Source: a virus
Length of the DNA: 64,000 bases
Reading direction: 5' to 3' (one strand)
Virus record (IMG/VR): IMGVR_UViG_3300012228_000001
Span: 39,293-103,292 of that record
The translations under genes and the position numbers were made by a program. Positions 18,744 to 27,850 of this stretch are shown here, piece by piece (position 1 is the stretch's first letter; each line of letters opens with the position of its first letter). The notes beneath the pieces were generated by a model, which was not told where the DNA came from, made no database searches, and saw nothing but the letters and a program-made list of their open reading frames with translations.

Positions 18744-18775
18744 TTATTAACGTGCGCAAGAAAAGGAAAACAGGG

Positions 18776-19801
18776 ATGGCAAAGATAGCGAAAACAGTTA
18801 AGCCCAATTGGGGCGTTGTGCTTAGTAATAAAGGGCTAGTCGTGTCGCTGTCGATTCGTTGGTTCAAAGGCCAACGGAAGCTGACAGCCGAAGATTTGGA
18901 TTTGGAAAAGCAGTCCGAGGCTGCGGAATTTCAAAAGCTATTCTCGCTCGGACAGAAAAGCATCATTCCGAAAGAAGTCTTCAACGAGTTTCATCGGATG
19001 GAAACGCGAGCACGCTCGCTGCTCGATAAATACTCGTTCGAGACGCCGTTCGGACAGTTCGTGACCTATGAGGCTTTTCCGATCTTCGAAAAGAAGATCG
19101 AAGAGATCGAGAAAGAGTTTCGCGAAGCGGTGCATGAAACGATTGCGAAGTTTCCGAAGTATCGCGGGCAAGTCTTGGCGGATTACGCCAAGCTGTCCAA
19201 CGACTTGTTTACCAACGGCAACAAGCGCAACAACACGGCGCGGCTCTTGAACGCCGTGCGCAACTCGATGCCGTCGCGCAACTCGCTGCACGAGTATTAC
19301 AGCTTCGAGTGGGAGCCGTTTCATATCGCGACTCCGAGCGAGCTAGTGCAGGAGCAGAAGAAGGCGACAGTGTTGGCCGAAGGCAAGGCGGTCAAGTATC
19401 AAGTCAACAAGAAGCTTGCCGAGAAGTACGAGAAAAAATCGGCGCACGCGATTGACTCGTTTATCAGCGGGTCGATCAAGAAGATGCGCGGCGTCGTCAA
19501 CGAACTGGTTGTCGCGGCGCTGAAATCAATCGACAAGAACGACGGCGTGCTGGTGCCCCGGCTGTCGACCACGCTCAAAGGCATGGTTGACCAGTTCAAG
19601 CTAATGAACGCTTGGGGCGATCAGGATATCGAAGCGAAGCTGCTCAAGCTGAAAGAGTATTTGCATGAGACCGATGGCGACGGCCCGAAGCGCACGCCGG
19701 AAGTCAAGGCAATGTTGAAAGAGTTGCGCAGCAATCTTAAAGAGCGGATCAGCGAAAGCCAGTTGTCGATCCGGCAAGTGCGGAGCGGAGTCGAGCTGTG
19801 A
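18776..19801 (+). CDS. DUF3150-like helical protein
   Basis: W.GQRKLTAEDL..SLGQKSIIPK motif; follows the AAA gene. Confidence 0.55.
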   Translation: MAKIAKTVKPNWGVVLSNKGLVVSLSIRWFKGQRKLTAEDLDLEKQSEAAEFQKLFSLGQKSIIPKEVFNEFHRMETRARSLLDKYSFETPFGQFVTYEAFPIFEKKIEEIEKEFREAVHETIAKFPKYRGQVLADYAKLSNDLFTNGNKRNNTARLLNAVRNSMPSRNSLHEYYSFEWEPFHIATPSELVQEQKKATVLAEGKAVKYQVNKKLAEKYEKKSAHAIDSFISGSIKKMRGVVNELVVAALKSIDKNDGVLVPRLSTTLKGMVDQFKLMNAWGDQDIEAKLLKLKEYLHETDGDGPKRTPEVKAMLKELRSNLKERISESQLSIRQVRSGVEL

Positions 19802-19980
19802 AGAAGCGGCCATATCCGAAATGGGTTCTCGCGGATTGCCCGAAGTCACGGTGCCCGGACTGCCACGGCACCGTGACGCTTCTTTCTAAAAACGACGCGA
19901 TGCCAGCATTTTATATTTGCTGGACTTGCAAGGCAGTTGCAGAAGTCGGCAGCGGGCCGGTCAGAAAGGAAACCGAATGA
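19798..19980 (+). CDS. Small Zn-ribbon protein
   Basis: CPDC..CWTC. Confidence 0.5.
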   Translation: MKKRPYPKWVLADCPKSRCPDCHGTVTLLSKNDAMPAFYICWTCKAVAEVGSGPVRKETE

Positions 19981-20198
19981 ACACTTGGACTGCGTATTAC
20001 TTCGAGAAGACTAACCGTGACGATAGACCCTATCATTGGGTAGCGCTCACCAACTGCGATTCTGGCAAACCGGACGGCTATATTTGCATCACGCAAGGCT
20101 TCGGCGATCTGCCAGAACTGCTTGATATTTTCGGCCATAAGAGCCGCGTCCATGAAGGGCGCGAGATCAGCGTGTTTGTCGATGGTGTGAAGCAATGA
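19977..20198 (+). CDS. Hypothetical protein
   Basis: ATGA coupling, SD AAGGA. Confidence 0.45.
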   Translation: MNTWTAYYFEKTNRDDRPYHWVALTNCDSGKPDGYICITQGFGDLPELLDIFGHKSRVHEGREISVFVDGVKQ

Positions 20199-20491
20199 CG
20201 AAAATTTATACACGAGGAAAAACACCGGAAGGTCGTTGGGGCCGTTGGATGTTGTGGGCGACGTTTGCCGTTCAAATCGATGCCGAGGCTTTTGCCGCAA
20301 CGATTCGAAAAACACACCCGACTTGGCAAGTGGTAGTCGGCAACAAACACGCGCCGCGACAGCATGAGTGGAACGTCGAGCTATCCGAAGATGGACAGCT
20401 TGAAGTAGTGCGAACGCGCACCGGCAAACAGGAAAGCGAGCATGAGCGGCGCATGGAGAAGTGGGCGCGGCAGAATTACGAAAGAGATTAG
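20195..20491 (+). CDS. Hypothetical protein
   Basis: ATGA coupling. Confidence 0.45.
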   Translation: MTKIYTRGKTPEGRWGRWMLWATFAVQIDAEAFAATIRKTHPTWQVVVGNKHAPRQHEWNVELSEDGQLEVVRTRTGKQESEHERRMEKWARQNYERD

Positions 20492-20493
20492 CA

Positions 20494-20700
20494 ATGACTC
20501 TCAACGAAATGCTCGACTTCGAGTTGATAGGCAACCCTGACGTGAGTCATGCGGTTGCCGTGAACAACTCGACGATCTTGGTCACGTTCAAGGATGGTTC
20601 GTTAGGTGCGCTTGGGCGCACCGACGAAGAGGGCTGGCAGTGGCTAGGCGGCGGGCCAATAGACGCCGCAATAATAATGGCAGGGGGTTTTAACGCATGA
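20494..20700 (+). CDS. Hypothetical protein
   Basis: Packed operon ORF. Confidence 0.45.
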   Translation: MTLNEMLDFELIGNPDVSHAVAVNNSTILVTFKDGSLGALGRTDEEGWQWLGGGPIDAAIIMAGGFNA

Positions 20701-21182
20701 ATAAATTTCAACCGGCTAACTACGAAGTCAACCCGGAAAAGTTTGACGCGATGGTACGCAAAGCGATGGAAGTGCATGGCATAGACCGGCAAGACGCCGA
20801 ACGGTTTATCAAAACCACGCTGTCCGAGCCGGTGTTTTTGAACGACACCTATCAAGTGAGCACGCGGGGATTTCGCTTGCCGGACTTTGGCGGCGATTGG
20901 GTTCATTTATCAATCAAGCGTATCGACCGCGAAGCGATTCGAGACTGGCGCGATCTGCAAGAGATCAAAAATCAGCTCGTCGGCGAAGAGAACGAGGGCA
21001 TCGAATTGTTCCCGGCTGAATCGCGGCGTGTCGATACAGCGAACCAGTACCATTTATTTGTGCTCAAGAAGAAAGGCCAAAAAATCCCCATCGGGTTTAA
21101 CGAGCGCTGGATAATGGATCACGACGAGCACGATCCGGTGACTCAAGTGAAGCAACGGCCCTTCAAGAGTGATGATCTATGA
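20697..21182 (+). CDS. Conserved phage protein (DUF7694-like)
   Basis: HLSIKR..WRDLQEIKNQLVG....IELFPAESR.VDTANQYHL motif. Confidence 0.7.
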   Translation: MNKFQPANYEVNPEKFDAMVRKAMEVHGIDRQDAERFIKTTLSEPVFLNDTYQVSTRGFRLPDFGGDWVHLSIKRIDREAIRDWRDLQEIKNQLVGEENEGIELFPAESRRVDTANQYHLFVLKKKGQKIPIGFNERWIMDHDEHDPVTQVKQRPFKSDDL

Positions 21183-21337
21183 GCCGTGATCTTTGGGTCA
21201 TGCTCGTTCTCGGCGGATTTATCGGCTTCCTTGTCGGCATGTACGTCGGCGTTGGGGTTGCCTTAAAACAAGAAAGGAAATGGCATGAGTATGATGCGGC
21301 TTCGGTGGAAAACGCCCGCGACCGCCTATCCGAATAA
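21179..21337 (+). CDS. Small single-pass membrane protein
   Basis: Read by hand: MSRDLWVMLVLGGFIGFLVGMYVGVGVAL..; ATGA coupled. Confidence 0.4.
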   Translation: MSRDLWVMLVLGGFIGFLVGMYVGVGVALKQERKWHEYDAASVENARDRLSE

Positions 21338-21965
21338 GCGGGTCGGCAAGGCGCGGATTTTCAAATATCGGTGCCCGGTGAGGGACACCTATTGGGCTGA
21401 AGGCATGAAGGGCTATCTGTATTACCGCTTCGAGCCGGGACACAACAGGATCACGCAACTATCGATCAACGGCCAATGTTGGATGACCGATATGCCGCCT
21501 TACTTTTGGTCAATGGAACACTTTGCCGAGCAATCGCACGGGCATGTGCTCGTCGCGGGCTTGGGGCTTGGGCTGGTGGTTCACTGCCTTGCCAAGAATC
21601 CCACGGTCGAGAGTATCACGGTAATCGAAAGAGAACCGGACGTGATAAAACTGATTAAGCCGCTTTTACCGAAGGATATGAGTATCAAGATCATCAACGC
21701 CGATTTCTATGAATGGATGGAGCGAGACCGTTTACAGCGCGACGTGGTGATTTGGGACTTGGGCTTGTGGGGCTTGCCCGAAGACGGGGGCGAGCGCCAC
21801 GGCTGGCCGGAAGTTTTCATTATCAAGTTCAAGGTGGCCGACAAATACGGCGATGATTGCAAGTGCTTCCGTCACGGCCTCGACCGCGATCCGGCTGGCG
21901 CAGAGTTTATCAAAACGGAACGCTATAAGAGGGCGCGTGAGAGTTTATATCCGGGGGTTATATGA
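21285..21965 (+). CDS. SAM-dependent methyltransferase-fold protein (spermidine synthase-like)
   Basis: GHVLVAGLGLG, ITVIERE.DVI, IINAD motifs. Confidence 0.7.
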   Translation: MSMMRLRWKTPATAYPNKRVGKARIFKYRCPVRDTYWAEGMKGYLYYRFEPGHNRITQLSINGQCWMTDMPPYFWSMEHFAEQSHGHVLVAGLGLGLVVHCLAKNPTVESITVIEREPDVIKLIKPLLPKDMSIKIINADFYEWMERDRLQRDVVIWDLGLWGLPEDGGERHGWPEVFIIKFKVADKYGDDCKCFRHGLDRDPAGAEFIKTERYKRARESLYPGVI

Positions 21966-21987
21966 GCGACTTTTTACAGGAGAGAAC

Positions 21988-22596
21988 ATGGCAACTTCCA
22001 AGTGGTTGAAGTGGTATCGAGAACACATGAAAAAGCCAAAAGTTCGGAAAAAACGGAATGAGTATTTGCGACGCTACCGGGATCGGCCCGAAGTTCAACA
22101 GCGGGGGCGTGCCTATAGAACTAAAGAAGAAGTTAGAATTCGAAACAACGCAGTACATAGAGAAAGCCGAAGGCGGACTCGTCTTTCGGTTCTCTGTCAT
22201 TATGGTGGCAACCCGCCTAAATGCGCTTGCTGCGGGGAAACTATTGTGGAATTCCTTTCCATCGATCATATCAATGGCAGACCACCTGAACATCGTGGCA
22301 AGAATCGAGCGGTCGTTGGTGGCTATTGGCTATGTCGATGGCTAATCCGCAATAAGTTCCCGAAGGAGTATCAAGTCCTTTGCCTCAATTGCAATTTCGC
22401 CAAGGGGCACTATGGCGGGTGTCCACATAAAATCGGAAGTTCCTATAACAAGTTTCGAAAGTTCGAGAAGAAAATATGGACGCGAACCGGACGCCGGAAT
22501 AAAACTGGACTCGACTGGAACAATTCTAATGATCGTCGGAAGTATCATCGGGAATGGGCGCGTCGTACTAGGGGCTACAAGACGAAACGAGTTTAA
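21988..22596 (+). CDS. HNH endonuclease (separate subfamily)
   Basis: CACCGE..LSIDHING..QVLCLNCN; SD AGGAG. Confidence 0.8.
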   Translation: MATSKWLKWYREHMKKPKVRKKRNEYLRRYRDRPEVQQRGRAYRTKEEVRIRNNAVHRESRRRTRLSVLCHYGGNPPKCACCGETIVEFLSIDHINGRPPEHRGKNRAVVGGYWLCRWLIRNKFPKEYQVLCLNCNFAKGHYGGCPHKIGSSYNKFRKFEKKIWTRTGRRNKTGLDWNNSNDRRKYHREWARRTRGYKTKRV

Positions 22597-22634
22597 CTTG
22601 AAAAATCAAAGTGGAGTGAAAGAAAATACTTAAA

Positions 22635-23165
22635 ATGAATCCGAGAATCGCAAAACTAAAAACATACAAGGGCATCCCGATTGTTTTCTTCGCGACAATC
22701 GACAAGAAAGGCATTCCAGATTTCAAAGTAACCGACGAAGAGAAGCGGATGCGCTGCGGCAAGGAACATCTGTGCTGGATTTGCGGCGAACCGCTCACCA
22801 TGCCGATCTGCTTTATCGGCGGGCCGCACTCGGTTGCGCAAGGAACTTTTACCGATGGCCCCATGCACGCCGAATGCGCCGCCGACTCAATGGAAATGTG
22901 CCCGTGGCTTTTGGGACGCATGGACTATGCGCCGCCTGAATCGTTCAAGATGGACCGGCACAACAGGCCGGTGCGGTTTGTGACTGGTGCGGCGAGACCG
23001 GAAATGGTCAAGTCGCCTGACCGTGTTGCGATCTACAAGTGCTTGGGGTTTGACATACTAATCTTGCCGCTACAAGGCGGGCGCTGCGCTTGGTTCTTCA
23101 AAGCGTTCACTGCGCTATCCGTAGATTTTCGGGATCGGATTGCGCCAACTGCGAAAACAGCATAG
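22635..23165 (+). CDS. Conserved hypothetical Zn-binding protein
   Basis: CWICGEPL..FIGGP..PMHAECA..CPWL. Confidence 0.6.
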   Translation: MNPRIAKLKTYKGIPIVFFATIDKKGIPDFKVTDEEKRMRCGKEHLCWICGEPLTMPICFIGGPHSVAQGTFTDGPMHAECAADSMEMCPWLLGRMDYAPPESFKMDRHNRPVRFVTGAARPEMVKSPDRVAIYKCLGFDILILPLQGGRCAWFFKAFTALSVDFRDRIAPTAKTA

Positions 23166-24075
23166 CCATCCGATCCAATACAAATTCCTGATAGGCTTCC
23201 GGGTAGCCTCTCTTACTAGCGTTCTCAAGGCGGGCTAGGTTCATCAAGAATCTTTCTTGGTTGGACCTGCCGCCTTGGAACGCTTTTTTTATGTCCGGTT
23301 TCCGGTTCAATTTCCTGATCGCGTCTTTCGCGATTGCAAAATCATCGAACACCCGCGCCACCCCTATCCCAAGCTTCTCCGCAATATCCCGGTAACTCAT
23401 GTTGTCGACGGTTTTCATTTTGTAAATTTTAAGCTGCCGTTTGGCGAGACTCACATTTTTCCAAGTCGTGCGCGTCTTCTCTTTTTTCTTCAACTCGTCA
23501 CGGGCGTCTTTTAGCTTGATGTTGAATTCTTTTTCAATCTCGTCAAGCAAGTGATCGCGCTGCGATAGCGCGTATGCCTGCTCCATCATGCTTTCAATGC
23601 TGTTATTTTCGTCGGGGAGTGTTTCTGGTACTTCGGTGACTTCTGGAAAGCGGTCAATAATTTTCTGGCGCTGCTCGTCGGTTACTTCCCTATGGATCAA
23701 GTCGTATAACGTCCGGGTGCCCGTCATGCCGTGCCCGCGCTCCCATTGAAGATGCTTCAAGATACCGAACTTGATCGACGGCCTGATAAAATTCTCAATC
23801 GGCCCCGACTTTGGAGTATAGCGTCGCAACGCATGCAGGGCTTCGTGCATGCCAGCTTCGGCGGCGTCGTCGAACGATTGAAAGTGAACCCCTTTGGCTT
23901 TCTGATACGCGACGCTGATCGCCGACCATCTTTCGATATTGGGATAATGCTTCTCAAACAGTTTTTTCACACGCGGTGGGAACTTCGTGTTGCGATTATA
24001 GCCGCTGACCAAGCCGGTCCTGCGCCTGTATCCGCGCACGCGCTGAAAAGCCTTAACGCAGATCGCTATTATCAT
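23107..24075 (-). CDS. Phage RNA polymerase sigma-70-family factor
   Basis: Region 2-like DDAAEAGMHEALHALRRYTP..F..PSIKFGI; region 4 HTH MSYRDIAEKLGIGVARV. Confidence 0.75.
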   Translation of the reverse strand: MIIAICVKAFQRVRGYRRRTGLVSGYNRNTKFPPRVKKLFEKHYPNIERWSAISVAYQKAKGVHFQSFDDAAEAGMHEALHALRRYTPKSGPIENFIRPSIKFGILKHLQWERGHGMTGTRTLYDLIHREVTDEQRQKIIDRFPEVTEVPETLPDENNSIESMMEQAYALSQRDHLLDEIEKEFNIKLKDARDELKKKEKTRTTWKNVSLAKRQLKIYKMKTVDNMSYRDIAEKLGIGVARVFDDFAIAKDAIRKLNRKPDIKKAFQGGRSNQERFLMNLARLENASKRGYPEAYQEFVLDRMAMLFSQLAQSDPENLRIAQ

Positions 24076-24464
24076 GCGGGCACCACAACGGCGTCGGACA
24101 CATCTTGAGCATTCGCGCCTTCGCCGGATTCTGGAATGTCGAGATTCTCAAACACTCGAATCTCGGCAAATCCGTTATTGGGCACGGTTTGCCGACCGTC
24201 TGGATATCGCACCACCCACTCACCCCGATACAACCCCGCCTCGTTCGTGTCGCCCGGCTTCCATTCGTATTTAACCTGACCGCTGATCGGATCGTCAACG
24301 AGGATTGCCGCCCCGCCAATGATGGGCTTATCGGGACGATCCGGCCATCGCATCGCGAACCTGACCGTCGTGCCGGTCAAATCCATCACGCTATCATCGG
24401 CGTTCTTGAGCGTCGCATAGAGAGTCGGGAAGTTGTCTCCACGTTTCAAAAAAAAGTCAGCCAT
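24072..24464 (-). CDS. BppU N-terminal-like (baseplate/appendage) protein
   Basis: F.LKRGD..DLTG.TVRF..G.VKYEW..GDT..AG.Y.GE..V.YPDG..TVP motif. Confidence 0.7.
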   Translation of the reverse strand: MADFFLKRGDNFPTLYATLKNADDSVMDLTGTTVRFAMRWPDRPDKPIIGGAAILVDDPISGQVKYEWKPGDTNEAGLYRGEWVVRYPDGRQTVPNNGFAEIRVFENLDIPESGEGANAQDVSDAVVVPA

Positions 24465-27400
24465 CTTGAATCTCCGCGCTGGTGTGCGCTTGGTTTATTT
24501 CCGCGCTCGTATGCGCCCCGTTTATTATTTCGGCGCGATTATACGCTGGTGCGCCGTTCACGTCTACCGCCGTCGCTGATGTTCTCCCGCGCTGCGCGTT
24601 CACGAAGATTCCCGCCGAGTCAATCAATGCCCTAGCCAATGCGGCTTCAATCACACCAGCGAAGAAGATATTTCCGAGTGTCGAGTCTTCGTCATCCGCC
24701 GCGCTGGCGGCTTCGATTGCTTGCGCCGCTGTTACGTTGCCGCCATACGAAACGTCTTGGGCATTGGCCGCTTCGACCCGCGCCGCGACCGCATCTTGAA
24801 TGGCTGACGGTTGATCTGCCGCGCTGGCTGGCTCGCTCACCGCTGCGGCCACAACGATGACAGCGGATACATCGTCGAGCGCGATGCACTGCTCGCTTAC
24901 CGCCATGCCCGCCGTTGCTATTGCCGAAGGGGTATCTTGCGCGTTGGCCGGTTCGGAGATCGCATCCGCTTCGCCGGATATCGCTCCAAAGGACTCGTCG
25001 AGCGCCGCTGCCAGTTCTTCTATCGCCGCGCTTGTCGAATAGGTTGCGCCCGGCGAGTCTTGCGCTGTCGCCGGTTCGGCGCTCGATACCAGCGTAATGA
25101 CGGTCTGACTTGGCGCGTCAGTCGCCGACGCCGGTTCGGTGACGCTCGCCGCTTCGATGGTGTTGTTCCGATCTTGCGCGTCCGCCGCTTCGGTCGTTGA
25201 GGCAACTTGATTAGCAAGAGCGTCGGTCGTGTCTACAGCGTCGGCGGCTTCAACGATAGTTCCCAACAGGCCGACGACTATAATCTCTTGTGCAGTCGCC
25301 GCTTCGGTGATTGACGCGACCGCGTTTTGTATGGCGCTCGGCGCGTCGCTCGCTTCTGCTGATTCTGCACAAGCAGCCACAGCGAGCACAGTGGCCGATG
25401 GGTCGTCCTGCGCATTGGCGGCTTCGCTGATCGATGCCGGGCAAGTGGCGACGCCGCTCGGCGCATCTTCGGCTGTCGACGCTTCGCTGATCGATACGGG
25501 ACAAATTGCGACGCCAATAGGCGCGTCGGCGGCGTTTGCACCTTCGCTAATGTTGGCGACGAGCGTCGACGGCGCTGCGTTGCCCTGATCCTGCGCGGTG
25601 GCCGCTTCGCTGATCGACGCAGGAGTCTCGATGGTCCTGTCCGGCGAGTCCGCCGCGCTCGACGGCTCACTGATCGAGGCGACTTCGGTGGCAATGGCGC
25701 TTGGACTGTCGGCGGCGGCGGCGGCTTCGGTCGTCGACGGCACGCCGGTATAAATCGCCGATGGCGCGTCTTGAGCGGCGGCGGCTTCGGTCGTCGACGC
25801 GGCTGAAACCGCAGCGCCGGATGGATCGTCGGCAGCGCTCGCAGCTTCGGTGAGAGTCGCGACGGCGCTGGTGATTGCCGATGGCGCGTCGGTTGCGCTC
25901 GCGGCTTCGTCCGTCGAGGCGAGAAGCGTGCCAGCACCGCTCGGATCATCGGCGGCGCTCGCGGCCTCGCTGATCGACACCGAATGGGTCGTCGAGGGCA
26001 AAAACCACTGCGTCCCATCTTCCATCAACCCCGGCACACCCGGCGCGGCCTGCACGACAACCCTGCGGCCTATCGCATCCAGATTGTTGTCAAAAACGTC
26101 GTAGCCGTCCGCCGTGATTCCGACCTTGGTCGGCGGGACGGTTATATATTCGCTTGCGTTCGCCGCTTCGGTGATCGCAGCATTTATAAACAGGATTGCG
26201 TCCGGGTCGTCTTGGGCGTCGGCGGCTTCGGTCGTCGCGGAGAGAAGCGTACTGGCACCGTTCGGATCGTCGAGAGCGCTCGCAGCCTCGGTCGTCGACG
26301 GGACCATTGTGGCAATCGCCGATGGACTGTCGGCGGCGCTGTTGAGCGTCCCTTCTTCGATTGCAACTTGATGATCGGTGGCTGTCGACTTTTGAATGAA
26401 GGCGACTTCAACGCTGGCTGGATAGTTCGATGCTACGGGCAAGGCGGGTGTGGCATTGCCTACCGTGACCATGCTGTTATTCGAACTGGTCGTTGTAGCG
26501 TGGGTGTGACCGGGACTGGAAGCTGTAACCGCAGTGCCGGTTGCGCCGACAATGTTTGTGGTCGCGTTGATGGTCAGCGTGTGCTGGTGATCGGTAGCCG
26601 CCCAAGTGTGCGTATGGGCCGCGCCGGTGTGCGAATGGTCAGCACTCCCACCAGTGTTGAGCAGCTCGCTTAGAGCGTCGCAGCCCTTGATGAATAGCCC
26701 TTGGCAAAGATTCGGCGTGCCATTATTGCCGTCGCAGAGAATCCATCCCGTAGGAATGTCTGCAAGCACCTGAAGCCAAAGAGCGATCAACCCGCCCGGT
26801 GGTACTTCGCCACCTGCCGGTGGTGCGATGACTGCGAGTTTTATCCAAGGTGGTTCAGCCGCCGCTGCCGTGGCGTTGCCCGATTGCGAGAGCGCACCAG
26901 CATTGCAAAGGCCAAAATTGTTGGATGCTGCGCTGTAGCCGTGAGTATGCTGATCGCCCGCAACAGTGGCGCTGCCCTGCGCACTATTGGAAACGTTCCC
27001 GCCTGCGCCCGTAGTACCGCTTGGATGACCGTGAGTGCTTGAATGTTGGTGACTGCCGCCGACATGCGTATGATCGGCTCCACCACCAGTACCGCCGCCG
27101 TCGCCCGCTGCTGCCGCGCCGCGCAGAAATTTGTTCTTCCCATTGGCCGGTTGTGTCCACGAAGGCGGCAAAGTCGCGTTGTTGAAAAAAGTGATCGCGC
27201 CTTCAGGGATGGTCGTTGGCGAACCGTCCGATTCGATCCAAATCGTATCCCAACGAGCAGGGTCGAGATCGATACTGTCGCTGTTCGGCGCGGCGGTTCC
27301 GGTGACATCCGTACTGGCCGCGACTACGCCGACAGTGTGAGTATGAGTAAGGTTTGTCTGTGAATCGACGCCTGCGGCAGTGGAGTGTTGGGCGCTGCCC

Positions 27401-27630
27401 GAAGCGGCGGCGGTGCTGCCCCCGGTTAAGTGAGTGTGAGCTATTGTGTGATCGTGATTGGCAGTGGCGTGATAATGCTGCGCCGTGCCACCCGTACTGC
27501 CGGGGTCGGTGGATGAATTCGGGATGGACTTCGGGTGTTTTCCATCGAGCGCGGTGACACGACCCCACCCGCTAGGAATACTTCCCGCTGTGCTCGGCCA
27601 ACCAATTATTACATGAATGGGGATCGCCAC
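24457..27630 (-). CDS. Long fibre/appendage protein: collar-like and HxH domains plus Ala-rich repeats
   Basis: IPTGWILCDGNNGTPNL collar motif, many HTH metal-type triads, about 20-aa repeats in the C-terminal half. Confidence 0.7.
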   Translation of the reverse strand: MAIPIHVIIGWPSTAGSIPSGWGRVTALDGKHPKSIPNSSTDPGSTGGTAQHYHATANHDHTIAHTHLTGGSTAAASGSAQHSTAAGVDSQTNLTHTHTVGVVAASTDVTGTAAPNSDSIDLDPARWDTIWIESDGSPTTIPEGAITFFNNATLPPSWTQPANGKNKFLRGAAAAGDGGGTGGGADHTHVGGSHQHSSTHGHPSGTTGAGGNVSNSAQGSATVAGDQHTHGYSAASNNFGLCNAGALSQSGNATAAAAEPPWIKLAVIAPPAGGEVPPGGLIALWLQVLADIPTGWILCDGNNGTPNLCQGLFIKGCDALSELLNTGGSADHSHTGAAHTHTWAATDHQHTLTINATTNIVGATGTAVTASSPGHTHATTTSSNNSMVTVGNATPALPVASNYPASVEVAFIQKSTATDHQVAIEEGTLNSAADSPSAIATMVPSTTEAASALDDPNGASTLLSATTEAADAQDDPDAILFINAAITEAANASEYITVPPTKVGITADGYDVFDNNLDAIGRRVVVQAAPGVPGLMEDGTQWFLPSTTHSVSISEAASAADDPSGAGTLLASTDEAASATDAPSAITSAVATLTEAASAADDPSGAAVSAASTTEAAAAQDAPSAIYTGVPSTTEAAAAADSPSAIATEVASISEPSSAADSPDRTIETPASISEAATAQDQGNAAPSTLVANISEGANAADAPIGVAICPVSISEASTAEDAPSGVATCPASISEAANAQDDPSATVLAVAACAESAEASDAPSAIQNAVASITEAATAQEIIVVGLLGTIVEAADAVDTTDALANQVASTTEAADAQDRNNTIEAASVTEPASATDAPSQTVITLVSSAEPATAQDSPGATYSTSAAIEELAAALDESFGAISGEADAISEPANAQDTPSAIATAGMAVSEQCIALDDVSAVIVVAAAVSEPASAADQPSAIQDAVAARVEAANAQDVSYGGNVTAAQAIEAASAADDEDSTLGNIFFAGVIEAALARALIDSAGIFVNAQRGRTSATAVDVNGAPAYNRAEIINGAHTSAEINQAHTSAEIQDG
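24630..26370 (-). repeat. Coding tandem repeat, ~60 bp (20 aa; S[IT]xEAAxAxDxPSA)
   Basis: More than 20 degenerate units visible in the translation. Confidence 0.8.
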
Positions 27631-27643
27631 GACCGGCTCCCCC

Positions 27644-27850
27644 CTAATGCGGCGGCGCGCACTCTTCGCCGAAATGCTCTATGACGCTGTGAATCGCGTA
27701 GACGTTCTTGCGAACCAGTTTCTTTGCCCGCGTCAATGCCTCGTCGCTGTCGGAAGCGATCAAATCGATTGACGCATTATCGATGAAATTCCCGGTCGAG
27801 ATATCGACTCTCTCGCAAGCCCAAACGATAAAGTGGAAATGAGTTTTCAA
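27644..27850 (-). CDS. Hypothetical protein
   Basis: TTG start overlapping the upstream stop; C-terminal part of the listed 170-aa ORF. Confidence 0.45.
   Translation of the reverse strand: MKTHFHFIVWACERVDISTGNFIDNASIDLIASDSDEALTRAKKLVRKNVYAIHSVIEHFGEECAPPH

Noticed and set aside
24630-26370. Ala-rich repeats as tape measure or ice-nucleation protein
   Set aside because: The period and residues match neither, and the gene lies with appendage genes rather than tail tube/chaperone genes
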